This document shows, one piece after another, positions 62,246-64,000 of a DNA stretch of 64,000 nucleotides (position 1 is its first letter; every line of letters starts with the position of its first letter). Where the stretch lies: assembly GCA_013239625.1 (NCBI GenBank), contig MU053881.1:3598001-3662000 (forward strand). The letters are read 5' to 3'. This DNA comes from Lama guanicoe (Eukaryota). The translations under genes were made by a program, and so were the position numbers. The notes under the pieces were generated by a model that was not told where the DNA came from, ran no database searches, and saw nothing but the letters and a program-made list of their open reading frames with translations.

Positions 62246-63051
62246 AAATGACTGATTGCAAAGAATTAAAACTCAGGCTACTTGTAAAACAGGAAGCAGA
62301 AAAGGAATCAGAAAAGGATCAGAAACTGTGTCAGGAACTCAGAAAGATCTGGTTCCTCTCTCTCTGAATCTGGAGCCCATTATGTCTGAAATCTCCAATG
62401 CCAAGGGCGTTAGCTCATTACTTTTGCCCCTGGTGGCAGGGCCCATGGGCTTGGCCCTCTCAGGTCTCAAATGATTTTCCCATCATGCCCCTGAGCAGCT
62501 CCACCTCCCTTCTGCTGGCAAAAGGATCTGGGGAAAGTCACTGTGTGCAGAGAGCTTAGGAAGGCAGGATGGTACGAAGCATTAACAGACAAAATGCAGC
62601 ACATACATTATGGTCAAAACTGGAGAGAAAAGCATGTTTTCTTCGATTCAAAAGCATTCCTTGAGGATGGGAGGTCCCGGACCACATAGAATCTTAATGT
62701 CACAACCACAGCCTTCTCTGTTTTCATCTCTCCTGCACCATCGTGGGAAATCATCCCAGACATTCAGAAATGCATTTTAATAGGACCCAAGCTCTGTGGC
62801 TGTCACTTCATTCAGTACAAGGTGCATTATTTACTCAGCAATGAGATCATGAAAACCTAAATCTCCTTTTTTAATTTTTGAGTTTTTTTAACTAAATCTC
62901 ATATTTACTGCATCAACAGGAATCTTTATTCTTTACAGCCAATAATTGATCCTATTTTAGAAAGAAAAAAACTTTTGGGTTTTGAGAGGCCAGTGTTCTG
63001 AAAGTTCATAGATCCCTGTAGCTCTTTTGTTTAAGTGAAAATACCACATTC

Positions 63052-63070
63052 CAGCCACCAGGGGGCGGCC
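63052..63070 (+). promoter_or_regulatory. CTCF core motif
   Basis: CAGCCACCAGGGGGCGGCC. Confidence 0.65.
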
Positions 63071-63490
63071 AATTCCCTAATGGGGCAAAGACTATGAAAC
63101 CCTTTGACATTTTCACAATTTGGGGAAATGGTGATATGCTTTGCTTTTCTGGTTTTTCAATCTTTATGGAATTTGACCATGTTAGTTTTACAATTTCAAT
63201 AAGGGTTCACTAAAAATTAAAAATATATTCCTTGAGCACCTGCTACAAGCCAGGCATCATGCTACAGGAGATAAAGAATGATATACATGCAGAATTCAAT
63301 AAAACATGGTCTTTTCCCTGCAGGTATGATCATGGTCAAATGCAGAAAATACACATAAATAAATATGAGGCATTGTGAAATCAATGTGCAGTCTCTGTGT
63401 CATATTAAAATGGGTAGGTAGACATTCTTCAAATTTGAGCAGTACATTTAATGCACAGGCTATGTACCAAATCAGCGTCCAAAGCAGGTG

Positions 63491-64000
63491 TAGTAGGGAA
63501 GAACAAATGACTCTACATTAGATCTGTTCCTCTAGCTCTAACCCTGCGCTCTGTTTCCTGTGCAGAGTCATGTTGGTCCTGCACCTTTTGTAAAAGAATG
63601 TTCCCCATGGCCTGAAATAGACAGGACAGCCCATTTTCAAGGCTCTGATCTTTAAGGGTACAACATTTTCTCATTCATAAAAAGATAAAAGTTGCAGAAT
63701 AGAAAATAACATTTATTTTGTTGGAGGTTTACAGGGACACCGTGACCTGACCCACGTGGACAGCTGCAAGAACAAAGGATTCTGACACCAAGAAGTTTGC
63801 AACAACCAACCACACCCCCTCCCTGTTTTTAGTATAAAAGGAGCCTGAATTCTAACTTGGAGAAGATGGTTCTCTAGGACATCAGTCTGTCATCATCTTG
63901 GTCTGCTGGCTTTCTGAATAAAGTCATTGGGGTCCTTGCCCCAATACCTTGTCTCCTGATTCATCAGCCTGCTGTGCAGCTAGCAGAACGAGTTTGGACT
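63491..64000 (+). mobile_element. ERV1-type LTR, same family as 28011-28526 (runs off window end)
   Basis: Shared blocks such as CACCGTGACCTGACCCACG, CAAGAACAAAGGATTC and AAGAAGTTTGCAACAACCAACCACACCCCCTCC; TATAAAAG and AATAAA present. Confidence 0.8.

Noticed and set aside
28011..64000. Single provirus bounded by the two related LTRs
   Set aside because: 35 kb is far too long, the LTRs are clearly diverged, and the interval holds older host repeats and an opposite-strand ERV-L of a different class.

Overview
Mammalian non-coding genomic DNA, probably from a camelid (camel/alpaca/llama). This is inferred from several tRNA-Ala(AGC)-derived SINEs with the 'TAAACCTAATTACCTCCCC' tail, which I recall as the camelid Vic-1 type. 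I can support no intact protein-coding gene or exon. The ORF track is noise, microsatellite artefacts or decayed retroelement frames (L1 ORF1, L2 RT, ERV-L pol). The window is a dense mosaic of ancient repeats (MIR, L2, L1M, MLT1, MER-type DNA transposons) and younger ones (SINEs, ERV1-type solo LTRs, L1 3' ends). The most notable structures are: (1) a near-identical 2,066-bp head-to-tail duplication at 3411-7545 with CAG microhomology; (2) an LTR-less antisense ERV-L gag-pol segment at about 39.9-43.8 kb, interrupted by an L1MC 3' end with a 14-bp TSD; (3) five strong CTCF core motifs in divergent and convergent orientations; (4) a 40-bp minisatellite that multiplies a CCAAT/NF-Y box inside an old MaLR LTR; (5) two related solo LTRs about 35 kb apart. 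I found no convincing new biological system. Repeat family names come from memory of consensus sequences and boundaries are approximate; both need RepeatMasker/Dfam confirmation.
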